The translations under genes were made by a program, and so were the position numbers. From NCBI GenBank assembly GCA_036795215.1, contig DAIRFC010000004.1, forward strand, positions 4,822-68,821: a stretch of DNA of 64,000 nucleotides. The letters run 5' to 3'. This document shows, piece by piece, positions 20,935 to 31,585 of the stretch. The notes under the pieces are model-generated. The model saw nothing but the letters and a program-made list of their open reading frames with translations, was not told where the DNA came from and searched no databases. Within the stretch, counting starts at the first letter, position 1; each line of letters begins with the position of its first letter. This stretch comes from Actinomycetota bacterium. Lineage in GTDB: Bacteria; Actinomycetota; Thermoleophilia; RBG-16-64-13.

Positions 20935-23733
20935 CTAACAGGTCCCTCCTGACGGAGTATGCGTGCGCGTCCAGACGCGCCGGATCCACTTCTCGATCTC
21001 CACGATGACGTGGATGCCCACGGCCGATCCCAAGATCCAGGCCCACGCTATGCCATCCAGACCTGTGGTGCCGAACAGCTTGTTCATGCCGGGTAGATAC
21101 GTGAACAGCATCTGCAACCCGATCATGACGGCCACGCCGGCGAAGAGCAGGCGGTTGCTGAAGAAACTCCGGCTCCACGACGGACGTGTCAGCGAGCGGC
21201 AATTGAATAGGTAGAGCATCTCGCCGAAGACGAAGACGTTCACCGCCACGGTGCGCGCGTAGTCGAGACCGTGCCCTTCACGCTCGAAGTACTCGAAGAG
21301 CCCGAAAGCCGCCGCCAGCAGCAGCGCGCCAACTATCACGACCCGGCCCATGAGTACTCTGTCGAGGATGGGAGATTTCGGGGCACGGGGCGGTCTGTCC
21401 ATGATGCCTATCTCTTTGGGCTCGAAGGCAAGCATGAGGCCCAACAAGACCGCTGTGGTCATATTGACCCAGAGGATCTGCACAGGCAGGATCGGGAGGG
21501 CCACGCCGGCGAACACGGCGGCCAGGATCACCAAGCCCTCTCCTAGGTTGGTGGGGAGAGTCCAGGCGATGAACTTGGTCAGGTTGTCGAAAACCCCGCG
21601 GCCTTCTTCCACCGCGGCCTCTATGGAGGCGAAATTGTCGTCGGTGAGGATCATGTCGGCGGCTTCTTTGGCCACCTCCGTCCCCGTGATGCCCATGGCG
21701 ACGCCGATATCGGCCTGTCGCAACGCCGGAGCGTCGTTGACCCCGTCGCCCGTCATGGCGACCACATGACCCTGGTGTTGCAGTGCATCGACCAGGCGTA
21801 GCTTCTGCTCGGGTGTGACGCGGGCGAAGACGTAGGTCTTTTCGGCCGTCTGAACGAGATCGGCATCGTCAATGGCCTCCAGCTGGCTGCCGGTGAGAGG
21901 CTCGATCTCGGTGGTGGGGTCGCAGCCCGGCTCGCGCAGATTCAACTGTTGGGCTATGGCGAGTGCCGTCAAGGCATGGTCGCCGGTTATCATCTTCACC
22001 TGCACGCCTGCCCTGTGACAGGCCTCGATGGCCTGCAGGGCCTCTTGGCGCGGCGGGTCGATCATGCCCTGAAGGCCGAGGAAGAGAAGGCCGTCATCCA
22101 CGTCTTTGTGGGTGATCTCGTCGACGTCTTCCGATACAGCTTTTCGAGCGAAGGCAAGTACCCTCAGGCCCGACGAAGCCATGTCTCTGGCCAGCCGGTC
22201 TATCTTCTCGGCGTCCAGGGGTCTCGTGGAGCCATCCGTGGCGAGCTCGTTGGAGCACCGGGCGACTACCTTCTCAATAGCGCCCTTGACGTAGGCCACG
22301 TGCACGAAGACCGGCCCGTCGGTCTCTTTGACGGAGTGCAACGTCGCCATGTACTGATGCTCCGACTCGAACGGCACGGTGTCTAGGCGGGGGAAGCCAT
22401 GCCGCACCTCTTCGCGGTTCATCCCGGCCTTTGCCGCGGCCACGAGCAGAGCGCCCTCGGTGGGGTCTCCTTGCACACGCCACTGTCCGTCTTCGTGGTA
22501 GAGCGAGCTGTCGTTACAGAGCACCCCCGCACGTAGCAGTTCGGCGAGGGTCTCGTCTCTGCCGACCAGTGTGGAGGCCTCCAGAGCCTCGGAAGCCCCA
22601 GTGGCGTCGGCCGTCTCGGCTGCTTGGATGGTCCCCTCGGGTGAGTAGCCACCGCCGGTGAGCGTGTATGCGTGATCCTGGGTCACGACCCGCTGCACCG
22701 TCATCTGGTTCTCGGTGAGGGTGCCCGTCTTGTCGGAGCAGATGACGGTGGTGCTGCCCAGGGTCTCCACGGCGGGCAGTTTGCGGATGATGGCCCGGCG
22801 GTTCGCCATGCGGGATACCCCGATGGCCAGGGTGATGGTCACGGCGGCCGGCAGTCCTTCGGGTATGGCTCCGACGGCAAGCGCTACGGCTGCCATGAAC
22901 ATCTCCACGGCGCCCTCGCCCCGCAGGATGCCGACGACGGCGGTGACGATGGCGAGTCCCAGGATGACGAACAGCAGTACCTTGCTGAAATGGGCGATCT
23001 TGCGGGTGAGAGGCGTCTTGAGATCCTCGGCCTCGGCGATGAGATGAGAAATGCGGCCTACTTCGGTCTCGTCGCCGGTGGTCACCACAACGCCGGCTCC
23101 CTGGCCTCCGGTGACGAGCGCGGAAGCGTAGGCCATGTTGACACGGTCGGCCAGTGGCGTGTCTCCGTCGAGGGGCGCGGAGTGTTTCTCGACAGGGATG
23201 GACTCGCCGGTGAGCGCCGACTCGTCTATGCGAAGATCGCGGCTATACGTGAGGCGCATGTCGGCCGGCACTTTGTCGCCGGCATGTAGCACGACTACGT
23301 CACCAGGCACGAGTTCCACAGCCGAGAGGTGCACCCGCCGCGCGTCGCGTATCACCGTGGCTTCAGCGGTCATGGAGCGAGAGAGCGCGTCGATGGCCTT
23401 GACGGCCTTGGCCTCCTGCAGATAACCGATGATGGCATTGACGACGACCACCCCGAAGATGACCCCGGCGTCCACCCACTCTTGGAGTATCGCCGTGACC
23501 GCACCCGCGACGATGAGGATGATCACCAACGGCTGGTTGAACTGGGCCAAGGCCCGCTTCAGAGGGCCTGCGCTCTTCTGTGGGGTTATGGAGTTCGGTC
23601 CATACTCCTCAGACCGGGCCTTCACTGTTTCGGATGTGAGACCTCGGTCGAGGTCGGTATCGAAAAGGCCCACGATCTCGTCGGTCTTCAGTCGGTGCCA
23701 TTCCGATCCCGGTTGAGGCTGGGGCCCCGGCAT
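20935..23733 (-). CDS. cation-transporting P-type ATPase (P2/PMCA-SERCA-like)
   Basis: DKTGTLT phosphorylation motif, TGES, GDGVNDAPAL and about ten TM helices. Start set at internal ATG 23733 (GGGAGGA RBS). The upstream 221 codons of the ORF are Arg/Pro-rich and overlap the helicase gene. Confidence 0.85.
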   Translation of the reverse strand: MPGPQPQPGSEWHRLKTDEIVGLFDTDLDRGLTSETVKARSEEYGPNSITPQKSAGPLKRALAQFNQPLVIILIVAGAVTAILQEWVDAGVIFGVVVVNAIIGYLQEAKAVKAIDALSRSMTAEATVIRDARRVHLSAVELVPGDVVVLHAGDKVPADMRLTYSRDLRIDESALTGESIPVEKHSAPLDGDTPLADRVNMAYASALVTGGQGAGVVVTTGDETEVGRISHLIAEAEDLKTPLTRKIAHFSKVLLFVILGLAIVTAVVGILRGEGAVEMFMAAVALAVGAIPEGLPAAVTITLAIGVSRMANRRAIIRKLPAVETLGSTTVICSDKTGTLTENQMTVQRVVTQDHAYTLTGGGYSPEGTIQAAETADATGASEALEASTLVGRDETLAELLRAGVLCNDSSLYHEDGQWRVQGDPTEGALLVAAAKAGMNREEVRHGFPRLDTVPFESEHQYMATLHSVKETDGPVFVHVAYVKGAIEKVVARCSNELATDGSTRPLDAEKIDRLARDMASSGLRVLAFARKAVSEDVDEITHKDVDDGLLFLGLQGMIDPPRQEALQAIEACHRAGVQVKMITGDHALTALAIAQQLNLREPGCDPTTEIEPLTGSQLEAIDDADLVQTAEKTYVFARVTPEQKLRLVDALQHQGHVVAMTGDGVNDAPALRQADIGVAMGITGTEVAKEAADMILTDDNFASIEAAVEEGRGVFDNLTKFIAWTLPTNLGEGLVILAAVFAGVALPILPVQILWVNMTTAVLLGLMLAFEPKEIGIMDRPPRAPKSPILDRVLMGRVVIVGALLLAAAFGLFEYFEREGHGLDYARTVAVNVFVFGEMLYLFNCRSLTRPSWSRSFFSNRLLFAGVAVMIGLQMLFTYLPGMNKLFGTTGLDGIAWAWILGSAVGIHVIVEIEKWIRRVWTRTHTPSGGTC

Positions 23734-23879
23734 GTGTGTCCTCCCTCGTGGGTGTCGGTGTGCCGCCCTAGGGGGGCTTTGACGGTCGGTCCTGGTCAGC
23801 TCGGATATTCTATCTACCCGTCGGGTTCCCGATTTACGCACGGCTCCCACCCATCGGCGGGAGCCGCCCCGACTCTCTG

Positions 23880-26045
23880 CTAGAGCCACTCCTTGAGCCG
23901 CCGCCGGATGTCGTCGGTGGTGACGGGGCCTTGGGCCCCTGGCGTGCCGGGCCCGTCCGGAGGGCCCGTTGGTCCACCGATGAGGTCGGCCGCGGTGCAG
24001 AGATCCATGGTGTGCCGCACCCGGGCAGAGACGAAACGGGTGGGCTGCGAGTAGCCGTGGACGTCGCTGAAACTGCGCGGGTGGGTGTAGTAGCGCAACG
24101 GGTGGCAGACGTACAGCCAGTCTTTGGCGCGGGTGAGGGCCACGTAGAACAGACGGCGTTCTTCTTCGATCTCTTCGAGCCTGCCGGTGGCCATGTCCGA
24201 CGGGATGTTGCCGTCGGAAGCGTGGATGACGAAGACCACGTCCCACTCGAGGCCTTTGGCGGAATGCATGGTGGAGAGGATGAGGAAGTCTTCGTCGAGC
24301 AGTGGCGGTCCGGCAAGGTCTTCGGTGTATGCGGGGGGATCGAGGGCGATCTCGGCCAGGAACCGGGCGCGGTCGGGAAAGCGCCCGGCCATCCACTCGA
24401 GTTGCTCGAGATCCATGAGTCGTGCGCGTGAATTGTCGTAGAGGCGTTCAAGGAGGGGCGCGTAGAAGAGGCGGACGCGTTCGATCTGTGAGGCTAGGTC
24501 GCCCGGTTCACGCTCGGTAAGACCGGTCATGAGAGACACCAAGCCGGCCCAAGCTTCTGCCGAGGCAGGGGACGGGGCGGGGCAGCCGGTCCAGGCTGCG
24601 AAGCCGGCGGAGGCCCCGGAGGGATCTGCCTCCGGCGTGCCGCGCCCGGTGTTGCCTGTCAGGCGGTCCATGAGGCCCCGGGCCTTCTTGGGCCCGACGC
24701 CTGGGAGCAACATGAGGAGCCGCGTGCCGGCCATCAGATCGCGGGGGTTCTCCGCCAGGCGCAGGAACGCCATGAGGTCTTTTACATGGGCTGTCTCCAC
24801 GAAGCGCAGCCCTCCATACTTGCGGAAAGGGATGTTGCGTCGCGCGAGCTCCAGCTCCAATGTCAGACTGTGATGAGAGGCCCGGAAGAGCACGGCTTGG
24901 CGCCGCAGGGCCAGGCCGGACTCGCGGTGTTCGAGCACCTGATGGATGACGAACTCCGTCTGCTCGTCTTCGTCGTCACAGGTGACGAGCTGCGGCCTGG
25001 CGCCATCCGGCCGCTGCGACCACAGGTTCTTGGCGTGTCGCTCGGCGGCTTCCGAGATGACCCCGTTGGTGGTATCGAGGATGGGCTGGGTGCTGCGGTA
25101 GTTCTGCTCCAAGGTGACGACGCGGGTTTCCGGGAACTGTTGTGGGAAGTCGAGGATGTTGCGGACCGTCGCCGCCCGGAACGAGTAGATCGCTTGGGCA
25201 TCGTCGCCGACGGCGGTCAGGCGGATGCCACCCGGGCAGAGCATCTGGAGGATCTCGGCCTGCAGGCGGTTGGTGTCTTGGTACTCATCGACGAGAACGC
25301 AGTCGAACCGGCTTCTGATCGAGCGGGCCGCGGCGGCGTCGGTCAGCAGACCGTGCCAGAAGAGCAGCAGGTCGTCGTAGTCGAGCACGTTGTGGTCCGC
25401 CTTGTGATCCACATAGGCGGCGAAGAGACGGCGCAGGTCGTCGATGTCGTCTTTGCACCAGGGGAAGTCGGCCTCGACAGTCTGGTCGACAGGCTCGCGG
25501 GCGTTGACGCAGCGGCTGTAGATGTCCATACAGGTGCCTTTGAGTGGAAAGCGGCGGTCGCTCTTGGCTAGGCCCAGCTCGGTGCGGAGGACTCCCAGAA
25601 GATCTTCGGCGTCTCCGCGGTCGAGGATGGTGAACGAGGGCTCCAGGCCGATGGAGCGGCCATGGAGGCGCAGGAGTCGAGTGCCCACGGCGTGGAATGT
25701 GCCGCCCCAGACCCTGCCCGATGCCGGCGTCGTTGCGGTGTCTGTGCGACGCGATTCGGCCTCCAGACGCCTGAGTATGCCGTCCACGCGGCGGAGCATC
25801 TCGCTTGCCGCCCTGCGCGTGAAGGTGAGCAGCAGGATGCGGCCCGGGTCGGTGCCGGTGGCGATCTTGTACGCGACGCGGTGCGCGAGTGTGGCAGTCT
25901 TACCCGTGCCGGCTCCGGCGACGATGAGGAGCGGCTCACTACCGTGCAGCACCGCCTCACGTTGCTGCTGGTTGAGCTCGGCCAGGATCGCCCCGATGGC
26001 GGTCTCGTCGGTGCCCTTTCCCTTCCCGGTGGGGGTGCTGTCCAC
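23880..26045 (-). CDS. UvrD/PcrA/Rep-family ATP-dependent DNA helicase
   Basis: Walker A AGAGTGKT, TFH and QDTN motifs, and a UvrD C-terminal domain. GTG start. Confidence 0.85.
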   Translation of the reverse strand: MDSTPTGKGKGTDETAIGAILAELNQQQREAVLHGSEPLLIVAGAGTGKTATLAHRVAYKIATGTDPGRILLLTFTRRAASEMLRRVDGILRRLEAESRRTDTATTPASGRVWGGTFHAVGTRLLRLHGRSIGLEPSFTILDRGDAEDLLGVLRTELGLAKSDRRFPLKGTCMDIYSRCVNAREPVDQTVEADFPWCKDDIDDLRRLFAAYVDHKADHNVLDYDDLLLFWHGLLTDAAAARSIRSRFDCVLVDEYQDTNRLQAEILQMLCPGGIRLTAVGDDAQAIYSFRAATVRNILDFPQQFPETRVVTLEQNYRSTQPILDTTNGVISEAAERHAKNLWSQRPDGARPQLVTCDDEDEQTEFVIHQVLEHRESGLALRRQAVLFRASHHSLTLELELARRNIPFRKYGGLRFVETAHVKDLMAFLRLAENPRDLMAGTRLLMLLPGVGPKKARGLMDRLTGNTGRGTPEADPSGASAGFAAWTGCPAPSPASAEAWAGLVSLMTGLTEREPGDLASQIERVRLFYAPLLERLYDNSRARLMDLEQLEWMAGRFPDRARFLAEIALDPPAYTEDLAGPPLLDEDFLILSTMHSAKGLEWDVVFVIHASDGNIPSDMATGRLEEIEEERRLFYVALTRAKDWLYVCHPLRYYTHPRSFSDVHGYSQPTRFVSARVRHTMDLCTAADLIGGPTGPPDGPGTPGAQGPVTTDDIRRRLKEWL

Positions 26046-26150
26046 TGGGGCCGCGGTCTCCCTCGCTATCTGGCGCTGATCAGTCGCACCAAGGATACAG
26101 GCCGCGCCGGACAGAAGGAGGCTCCAGTGGCGGGATGCGCATGCGCCGGA

Positions 26151-26178
26151 TTGACCCCGGGTATGGCGGGCCTATAAT
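26151..26178 (+). promoter_or_regulatory. near-consensus sigma-70 promoter (TTGACC-16 nt-TATAAT) for the PPC-SLH gene
   Basis: TTGACC at 26151-26156 and TATAAT at 26173-26178 with a 16-nt spacer, about 50 nt upstream of ATG 26227. Confidence 0.55.
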
Positions 26179-26226
26179 CAAGGCGGGGCTTACCTCACGA
26201 AGCGGGCTCGACCATGGAGGTGCGCG

Positions 26227-27333
26227 ATGAACATCCGGTCCGGCATGAGCATCAGAAGCGTGGCCGCGCGCAGAGTGGGGCCGGTCACGGTCGTGGTCGG
26301 GATAGTCATGGCGCTGATCGTTTGCGCCATGATGCTTCTGGGGGTCTCATCCGCCCAGGCCCTGGTCCCGCTCCTCAACCCTGACGAGCCGAACGACAGT
26401 TTTCCTGCCGCGACGCAGCTCCAGAACGGGTTGGAGATCTGGGGCGCTATCCCCGAGGCAGGCGACGAAGACTTCTTCTATCTGGATATCCCGAGCCGGA
26501 GCCGGGTCACCGTGGAGTTCAACACTCAGGGTGTGCCCAGGGAGTGCGGGCTGGCCTTCATGGCCAAAGGCGGCGATGTGATCGCCGACCTCGCCTGGGA
26601 GAAGCGCTATGACGACGACGGGAGCTTCCTCGCCGACGGGATCGTCGGACCCGGACGGCTCTTCGCTATGGTCTCAGCGGGCAGCGGGCAGGCCGGTGTA
26701 GAGGTCTATACGATCGAAGTGACATACGAAGCCGCGGGAACTACCGCCTCCTTCCCCGATGTGCCGGTAGGATCGCCATACTACGAGGCCGTGATAGGTC
26801 TGGCGGGCGAGGAGGTGGTCTCCGGATACAAGGACGGCCGGTTCGGCCCCAGCGATTTCGTGACCCGCCAGCAGTTCGCCAAGATGATCGTGCGGGCGGT
26901 GGGCTACCCGGTCTTCACCAGCGACGTGTGCCCGTTCACCGATGTCTCCAAGAGCTACCCCGGCCACTACGTGGACCCCAACGATCCTCTCTACCCTGAT
27001 CACTACATCGCCGTCGCAGCCGAGCATCACATCACGGTAGGTTTGGATCCCACCACCACCACGTTTGGACCGTACCGGAACATCACGATGGCTCAGGTCG
27101 TCACCATGGTGGTCCGCACGGGTATCGACCTCGGCCTGTGGGACTCTCCTCCCCACGCGTTCGAGCCCCCGTTCGAGGACTTCGGGGAGCCCCATTACCC
27201 TTACGCGCGCATGGGCGCGGCGCACGGCCTCTTCAACGGCTACCCGGGGCCGTGGGGCTGGTTCGCACCGGCGACCAGAGGCCAATGCGCCTTCTTCATC
27301 TGGAAGCTCATGGGCGCCTACAACGTTGACTGA
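26227..27333 (+). CDS. secreted PPC (pre-peptidase C-terminal)-like domain + SLH domain protein
   Basis: Signal peptide. PPC-like beta-sandwich (..DSFPAATQL..GDEDFFYLDI..RVTVEF). SLH repeats (FPDVPVGSPYYEAV..; CPFTDV..YPDHYIAVAAEHHITVG..). Confidence 0.7.
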   Translation: MNIRSGMSIRSVAARRVGPVTVVVGIVMALIVCAMMLLGVSSAQALVPLLNPDEPNDSFPAATQLQNGLEIWGAIPEAGDEDFFYLDIPSRSRVTVEFNTQGVPRECGLAFMAKGGDVIADLAWEKRYDDDGSFLADGIVGPGRLFAMVSAGSGQAGVEVYTIEVTYEAAGTTASFPDVPVGSPYYEAVIGLAGEEVVSGYKDGRFGPSDFVTRQQFAKMIVRAVGYPVFTSDVCPFTDVSKSYPGHYVDPNDPLYPDHYIAVAAEHHITVGLDPTTTTFGPYRNITMAQVVTMVVRTGIDLGLWDSPPHAFEPPFEDFGEPHYPYARMGAAHGLFNGYPGPWGWFAPATRGQCAFFIWKLMGAYNVD

Positions 27334-27351
27334 GGCCGTTGGTCCCGTCGT

Positions 27352-28893
27352 TTATTCGTAGGTGATGTCGTACGTGTTGTCGTGCAGGGCGTTTGAGCCG
27401 ATGATGGGGTACGAATCGGCGCCCACGTAGATGCCCCAGTGGTTGTCATAGCACTCGTTATCGTAGACGGCGCCGTCCGATTGGTCGGCAAAGTAGATGC
27501 CGGCGTCACCGTTGGAGCTGCATTCGTTGCCGATGAGCTCGCCGTACGAGTATCCGAACAGGGCGATCCCGTCAGCCCCGTTGTCTGCCAGCGTGCAGTC
27601 CTCGATGGTGACCTGGGCGGCATCGGCGACTGCGATACCATCGTTGCCGTTGGAATCGCAGGTGCAGCTCATGATGGTCCCGGTCGATTCATCCCAGAAA
27701 CATATACCGCTTTGTACGTTCTCCGAACATACGCTGTTGGCTATCTGCAGATCCGATGCTTCTTCGACGTCGATGCCGTGCAGGCCGTTCTGTGCGAACA
27801 CGCTGTCGATCACCTCGCCGAAGGAGTATCCGTAGAGGTATAGACCGGCTCCTTGCAAGTCATTCTGCCGCGAGCCCCCCGTCACATAGCAGCGTCGCAG
27901 ACCGAGATCGGCGTCGCAGGCCACGATAACGTTGGACGGACCGCTTGTGACGGTGCTCACGAACCGGATGTCTTCTGCGTAGAAGGCGCATTGGTAGACA
28001 TCTAGCACGTCGCCCGCGAACTGTATCGTCGTGCTGTTCGGCCCCTGCATGGCGTAGCCGATGAGCGCCAGATCGTAGTCGACCATGAGCGTGCTTGTGA
28101 GAGTGAAGGTACCGGCGCCCAGATAGATGGTCGCACCCGGGGCGACCGCGGCGACGGCTGCCTCGAGGGTGGGATAGTCGCCGCTGCCGTCGGGATAGAT
28201 CCAGACTTCATCGGACGGCTGCACGGGCGCTCCCTCCAGCAGGTCGAGCAGGTTCCAGAGTATCTGGGCGACCTCCCCGCGCGTGGCGTTGGCGGTGACG
28301 TTCCAGCCGAGGCCCATGCCGATGAGGCCATCGAGTAGTCCATTGTATTCGGCTATGCGCAGGTTCTCGCCATGAGGTTCACCGACGTTGTCGAAGACCA
28401 GTGGAGCACCGGGGGAAGGATCCCAGAGCGCCCCCGGGTACAGACTCTCGGCGCCGTGGACTACCATGCTCACAACCTGGTCGCGGCGGATGGAGTCCCA
28501 GGGCGCGAACAGAGTCTGAGTGGCATTGGTGCCGTAGGTGATGCCGTGTTCATAGGCCGCCTGCACGTACTTGTGCGGATAGCCGTTGGCGTCGGGCGAC
28601 CCGAGGTCGGTGAAGCACGTTGCGGTGGAGGGATCCGGGATGATGTCCAGCGTTCCTATGATCATCTTGGCGAACTGGGCGCGTTTCACCGAGTCGTCGA
28701 GGCCGAACCTCCCGTCGCGATACCCGCCGATGACCCCCAGGTACGAAAGAACGTCGATGGCCTTCTTGTATTCGTGCTCGTTCGGGACATCGGGAAAGGC
28801 CGAAGCGGGGTTGCCCATCGCGAGCAGGATGATCACCGTGAGCACGATGGCGCCCAAGACGGCCGGCCGGGCCTTGGCTTTGCGACACGACAT
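27352..28893 (-). CDS. secreted SLH-domain + right-handed parallel beta-helix (PbH1) protein
   Basis: Internal ATG 28893 gives a signal peptide MSCRKAKARPAVLGAIVLTVIILLA. SLH repeats follow, then at least eight GxxGIxxxxxSxxxxNxxC-type beta-helix rungs in the C-terminal half. Confidence 0.7.
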   Translation of the reverse strand: MSCRKAKARPAVLGAIVLTVIILLAMGNPASAFPDVPNEHEYKKAIDVLSYLGVIGGYRDGRFGLDDSVKRAQFAKMIIGTLDIIPDPSTATCFTDLGSPDANGYPHKYVQAAYEHGITYGTNATQTLFAPWDSIRRDQVVSMVVHGAESLYPGALWDPSPGAPLVFDNVGEPHGENLRIAEYNGLLDGLIGMGLGWNVTANATRGEVAQILWNLLDLLEGAPVQPSDEVWIYPDGSGDYPTLEAAVAAVAPGATIYLGAGTFTLTSTLMVDYDLALIGYAMQGPNSTTIQFAGDVLDVYQCAFYAEDIRFVSTVTSGPSNVIVACDADLGLRRCYVTGGSRQNDLQGAGLYLYGYSFGEVIDSVFAQNGLHGIDVEEASDLQIANSVCSENVQSGICFWDESTGTIMSCTCDSNGNDGIAVADAAQVTIEDCTLADNGADGIALFGYSYGELIGNECSSNGDAGIYFADQSDGAVYDNECYDNHWGIYVGADSYPIIGSNALHDNTYDITYE

Positions 28894-29063
28894 GGCGCAC
28901 CTCTCACTTCTGCCGATCCCGGCGATGATAGTGGGATCTGGTTGCATGGGCACTTGCTGGATTTGAGCGTAGAGCCAGTATGGCGAAATCGCAAGCGCCC
29001 TGACTCTCGTCTTGTCGTATTCTCCTTGGTTTGAGTCATCCCAGTCACGGAGACATTCCTCGT

Positions 29064-30746
29064 ATGACACACACCGATACCAGTGAGCGGCGCGGGGCTC
29101 GCGGAGCTGCGTCTTCCGTGGCGGCATCGACTAGGGTGGCGGTCGCAGCCGCCATTCTGTGCGGAGTCTTGTTTGCCGGCCTTCTGCTGGTGGGTTGCGG
29201 AGACTCCGGTCTTGAGGAAGTGCAACTCGAGAGCGGACCCGTCATTGGGCTGGTCGAAGAGGTGGACGGGCAGGAGATCTGGGTCTTCAAGGGCATCCCC
29301 TATGCCGCCCCGCCGGTGGGCGGGCTCCGCTGGAAGCCGCCTCAACCCGTGGAACCCTGGACGGAGCCCCTCGTCTGCACGGAGCCTGGGCCGGCGTGTC
29401 CACAGGCGGGTGGAGAGGGTCTGTTCAATATCGCGGCCCTCGCCGTCGGGGAGATGGACGAAGACTGCCTGTACCTGAATGTGTGGTCGCCGGTGGAGTC
29501 CGCTGATGAGGCGCTACCCGTCATGGTATGGATCCATGGGGGGAGCTTTGAGAGCGGGTCGGGCGCTATGGGCGTGTACAACGGCGCTAGGTTGGCCACC
29601 AAGGGTGTGGTGGTGGTGAGCATCAACTACCGTTTGGGGCCGCTCGGCTTTCTGGCGCATCCCGCTCTCTCGGCCGAGTCGCCGGAGGGCGTGTCCGGCA
29701 ACTATGGGCTTCTCGACCAGGTAGCCGCTCTCCGGTGGGTCCGGGCGAACATCGCGGGTTTTGGGGGCGACGCGGCCAACGTCACGGTGTTCGGGGAGTC
29801 GGCGGGGGCCATCAGCATCCTGGGTCTTCTGGTGAGCCCGCTGGCTGAGGGCCTCTTCGACCGAGCCATACCGCAGAGTGGCATCCTCCTTGACCATGGT
29901 TTCGGAGTGTCGACCGCGGTGACCCTCGATGCCGCGGAGGCGGCCGGGGAGGACTACGTTTCGTACTTGGAGATAGATCTTGCCGGTGATGTGCTTGCTC
30001 AGATGCGGTCGAAGACGGCGGGCGCGCTCGTTGAGGCGGCCGGCAAGTACGCACGTGGGCTTGGCCTTCTGGAGAAAGGTCTGACCTGGACGCCCGTGGC
30101 CGACGGGTATCTGCTGCCCGATCTGCCCGGCAAGCTCTGGGCCGAGGGCAGGTGCCACAGCGTTCCGTTGCTCATCGGTTCGAACGCCGATGAAGGGAAC
30201 CTCTTCGTAGCCGGCATGACCGTGGAGCCCGATCAATACGAGGCCCAGATGCGGAAGATCTTCGGGCTCTACGCCGAGGAGGCGCTGGCGCTCTATCCCA
30301 ATGACGGGAAGCAGGGTCTGGACTCCAGTCTCAGCCGCATGCTCACCGAGGTCGGTTTTGCCTCCACGGCCCGGCTTGCGGCCGGTTGCATGGCCGGATC
30401 CACGGATTCACCGGCGTATCTCTATCAGTTCACGCGCGTCCCCGTGGTGTTGAGTACACTCGGGGCCATCCATTCCATCGAGATCCCCTATATGACCGGT
30501 AACACCGGTCTCTTCTCGAGTCTGGGAGCCATCACAAAGACCGACCTCGAGCTGTCCGAAACCATGATGGGCTACTGGACCCGTTTCGCGGCCACAGGTG
30601 ATCCGAACGGTGAAGGAGCTCCGCAGTGGCCACGGTATGACGCGGCGTCCGACCAGCATCTCGAGCTGGGCGACGACATCCGCGTGGGCAGCGGTCTCTA
30701 CCGTGAAGCCTGCGATCTGGCCGACCGGTTGAGAGGGATCGAGTAG
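29064..30746 (+). CDS. type-B carboxylesterase/lipase family lipoprotein (para-nitrobenzyl-esterase-like)
   Basis: Lipobox LLLVGC. Oxyanion-hole motif HGGSF and nucleophile elbow GESAGA. Length and pattern fit the COesterase family. Confidence 0.8.
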   Translation: MTHTDTSERRGARGAASSVAASTRVAVAAAILCGVLFAGLLLVGCGDSGLEEVQLESGPVIGLVEEVDGQEIWVFKGIPYAAPPVGGLRWKPPQPVEPWTEPLVCTEPGPACPQAGGEGLFNIAALAVGEMDEDCLYLNVWSPVESADEALPVMVWIHGGSFESGSGAMGVYNGARLATKGVVVVSINYRLGPLGFLAHPALSAESPEGVSGNYGLLDQVAALRWVRANIAGFGGDAANVTVFGESAGAISILGLLVSPLAEGLFDRAIPQSGILLDHGFGVSTAVTLDAAEAAGEDYVSYLEIDLAGDVLAQMRSKTAGALVEAAGKYARGLGLLEKGLTWTPVADGYLLPDLPGKLWAEGRCHSVPLLIGSNADEGNLFVAGMTVEPDQYEAQMRKIFGLYAEEALALYPNDGKQGLDSSLSRMLTEVGFASTARLAAGCMAGSTDSPAYLYQFTRVPVVLSTLGAIHSIEIPYMTGNTGLFSSLGAITKTDLELSETMMGYWTRFAATGDPNGEGAPQWPRYDAASDQHLELGDDIRVGSGLYREACDLADRLRGIE

Positions 30747-30763
30747 GCGGGACTCCCCATCCG

Positions 30764-31429
30764 CTATTCGGAGAGCGTGAACGGCGGGTACTGGTCGGTG
30801 ATCAGGAGGAACGCGTATGCCTCCACCCTCATCGTCCAGCGGTAGACCCCCACCACGTAATCGAAGAGCCCGCGCGGGTAGCGTGTCGTGAACAGGATGG
30901 CGAACCAGGCGATGATCACGCAGACGCAGACACCGATCCATAAGAAGGCGAGCACGATCCAGTGGGGGATCGCCAAGAGCCACTTGAAGATGGGCAAGAC
31001 CCTGTTCAGCTGCCGGGCGTCCGGATAGGAGAAATCCAGATGTACAGCCTGTTCCTCATCGGTGGAGGGGTACTCGTCGCGCAAGAGCAGAGCGTACGCT
31101 CCAACGCGGGCAAGGAACCGGGATAGATTGAGGTTCCAATCGAACCACCACCGCGGGTACTTCTGACGGAAAAGGAGCATCAGCAACACAGGGACGAAGA
31201 GGATGCCTCCCGCAGCCCACGACCAAGAATAGTCGTTGCCTTCCGCGGAGATGGTGCCCGAGCCGATGAGCGCCGCTATCACGCCGATAGGGATTATCCA
31301 CAGAAAACGGAAGAAGCTGGACAGTCGATCGAGGGGGCGGTCTGGATAATCGACCGTGAACGTGAGGGGGTACGAAGTCGTTGGTGGGCCGGTCTCGGTC
31401 GAGGGATAGCGATCTGCCGGTTCTTCCAT
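30764..31429 (-). CDS. DUF4389 domain membrane protein
   Basis: Duplicated DUF4389 pattern (..YPDRPLDRLSSFFRFLWIIP..; ..YPDARQLNRVLPIFKWLLAIP..). GGAGG RBS. Confidence 0.65.
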   Translation of the reverse strand: MEEPADRYPSTETGPPTTSYPLTFTVDYPDRPLDRLSSFFRFLWIIPIGVIAALIGSGTISAEGNDYSWSWAAGGILFVPVLLMLLFRQKYPRWWFDWNLNLSRFLARVGAYALLLRDEYPSTDEEQAVHLDFSYPDARQLNRVLPIFKWLLAIPHWIVLAFLWIGVCVCVIIAWFAILFTTRYPRGLFDYVVGVYRWTMRVEAYAFLLITDQYPPFTLSE

Positions 31430-31585
31430 GACCTACCTCCGTGGAGAAGACGTTGCAGGGGACTGCACACCACTCGTGAAAAGGTACCAGAACCTGGTTG
31501 CGGAGTCTCTGCGCTAACATAGAAGCGTCGTACTAGGGCCGAGGGGGTGAACGTTCGTGCCTGCGCATCTGATCAGAGGCGTGTC

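Noticed and set aside
23734-24396. N-terminal 221 codons of the 1153-aa ORF containing the P-type ATPase
   Set aside because: Arg/Pro/His-rich junk translation that overlaps the 3' end of the UvrD-like gene. An internal ATG at 23733 has a GGGAGGA RBS and gives a normal P-type ATPase N-terminus.
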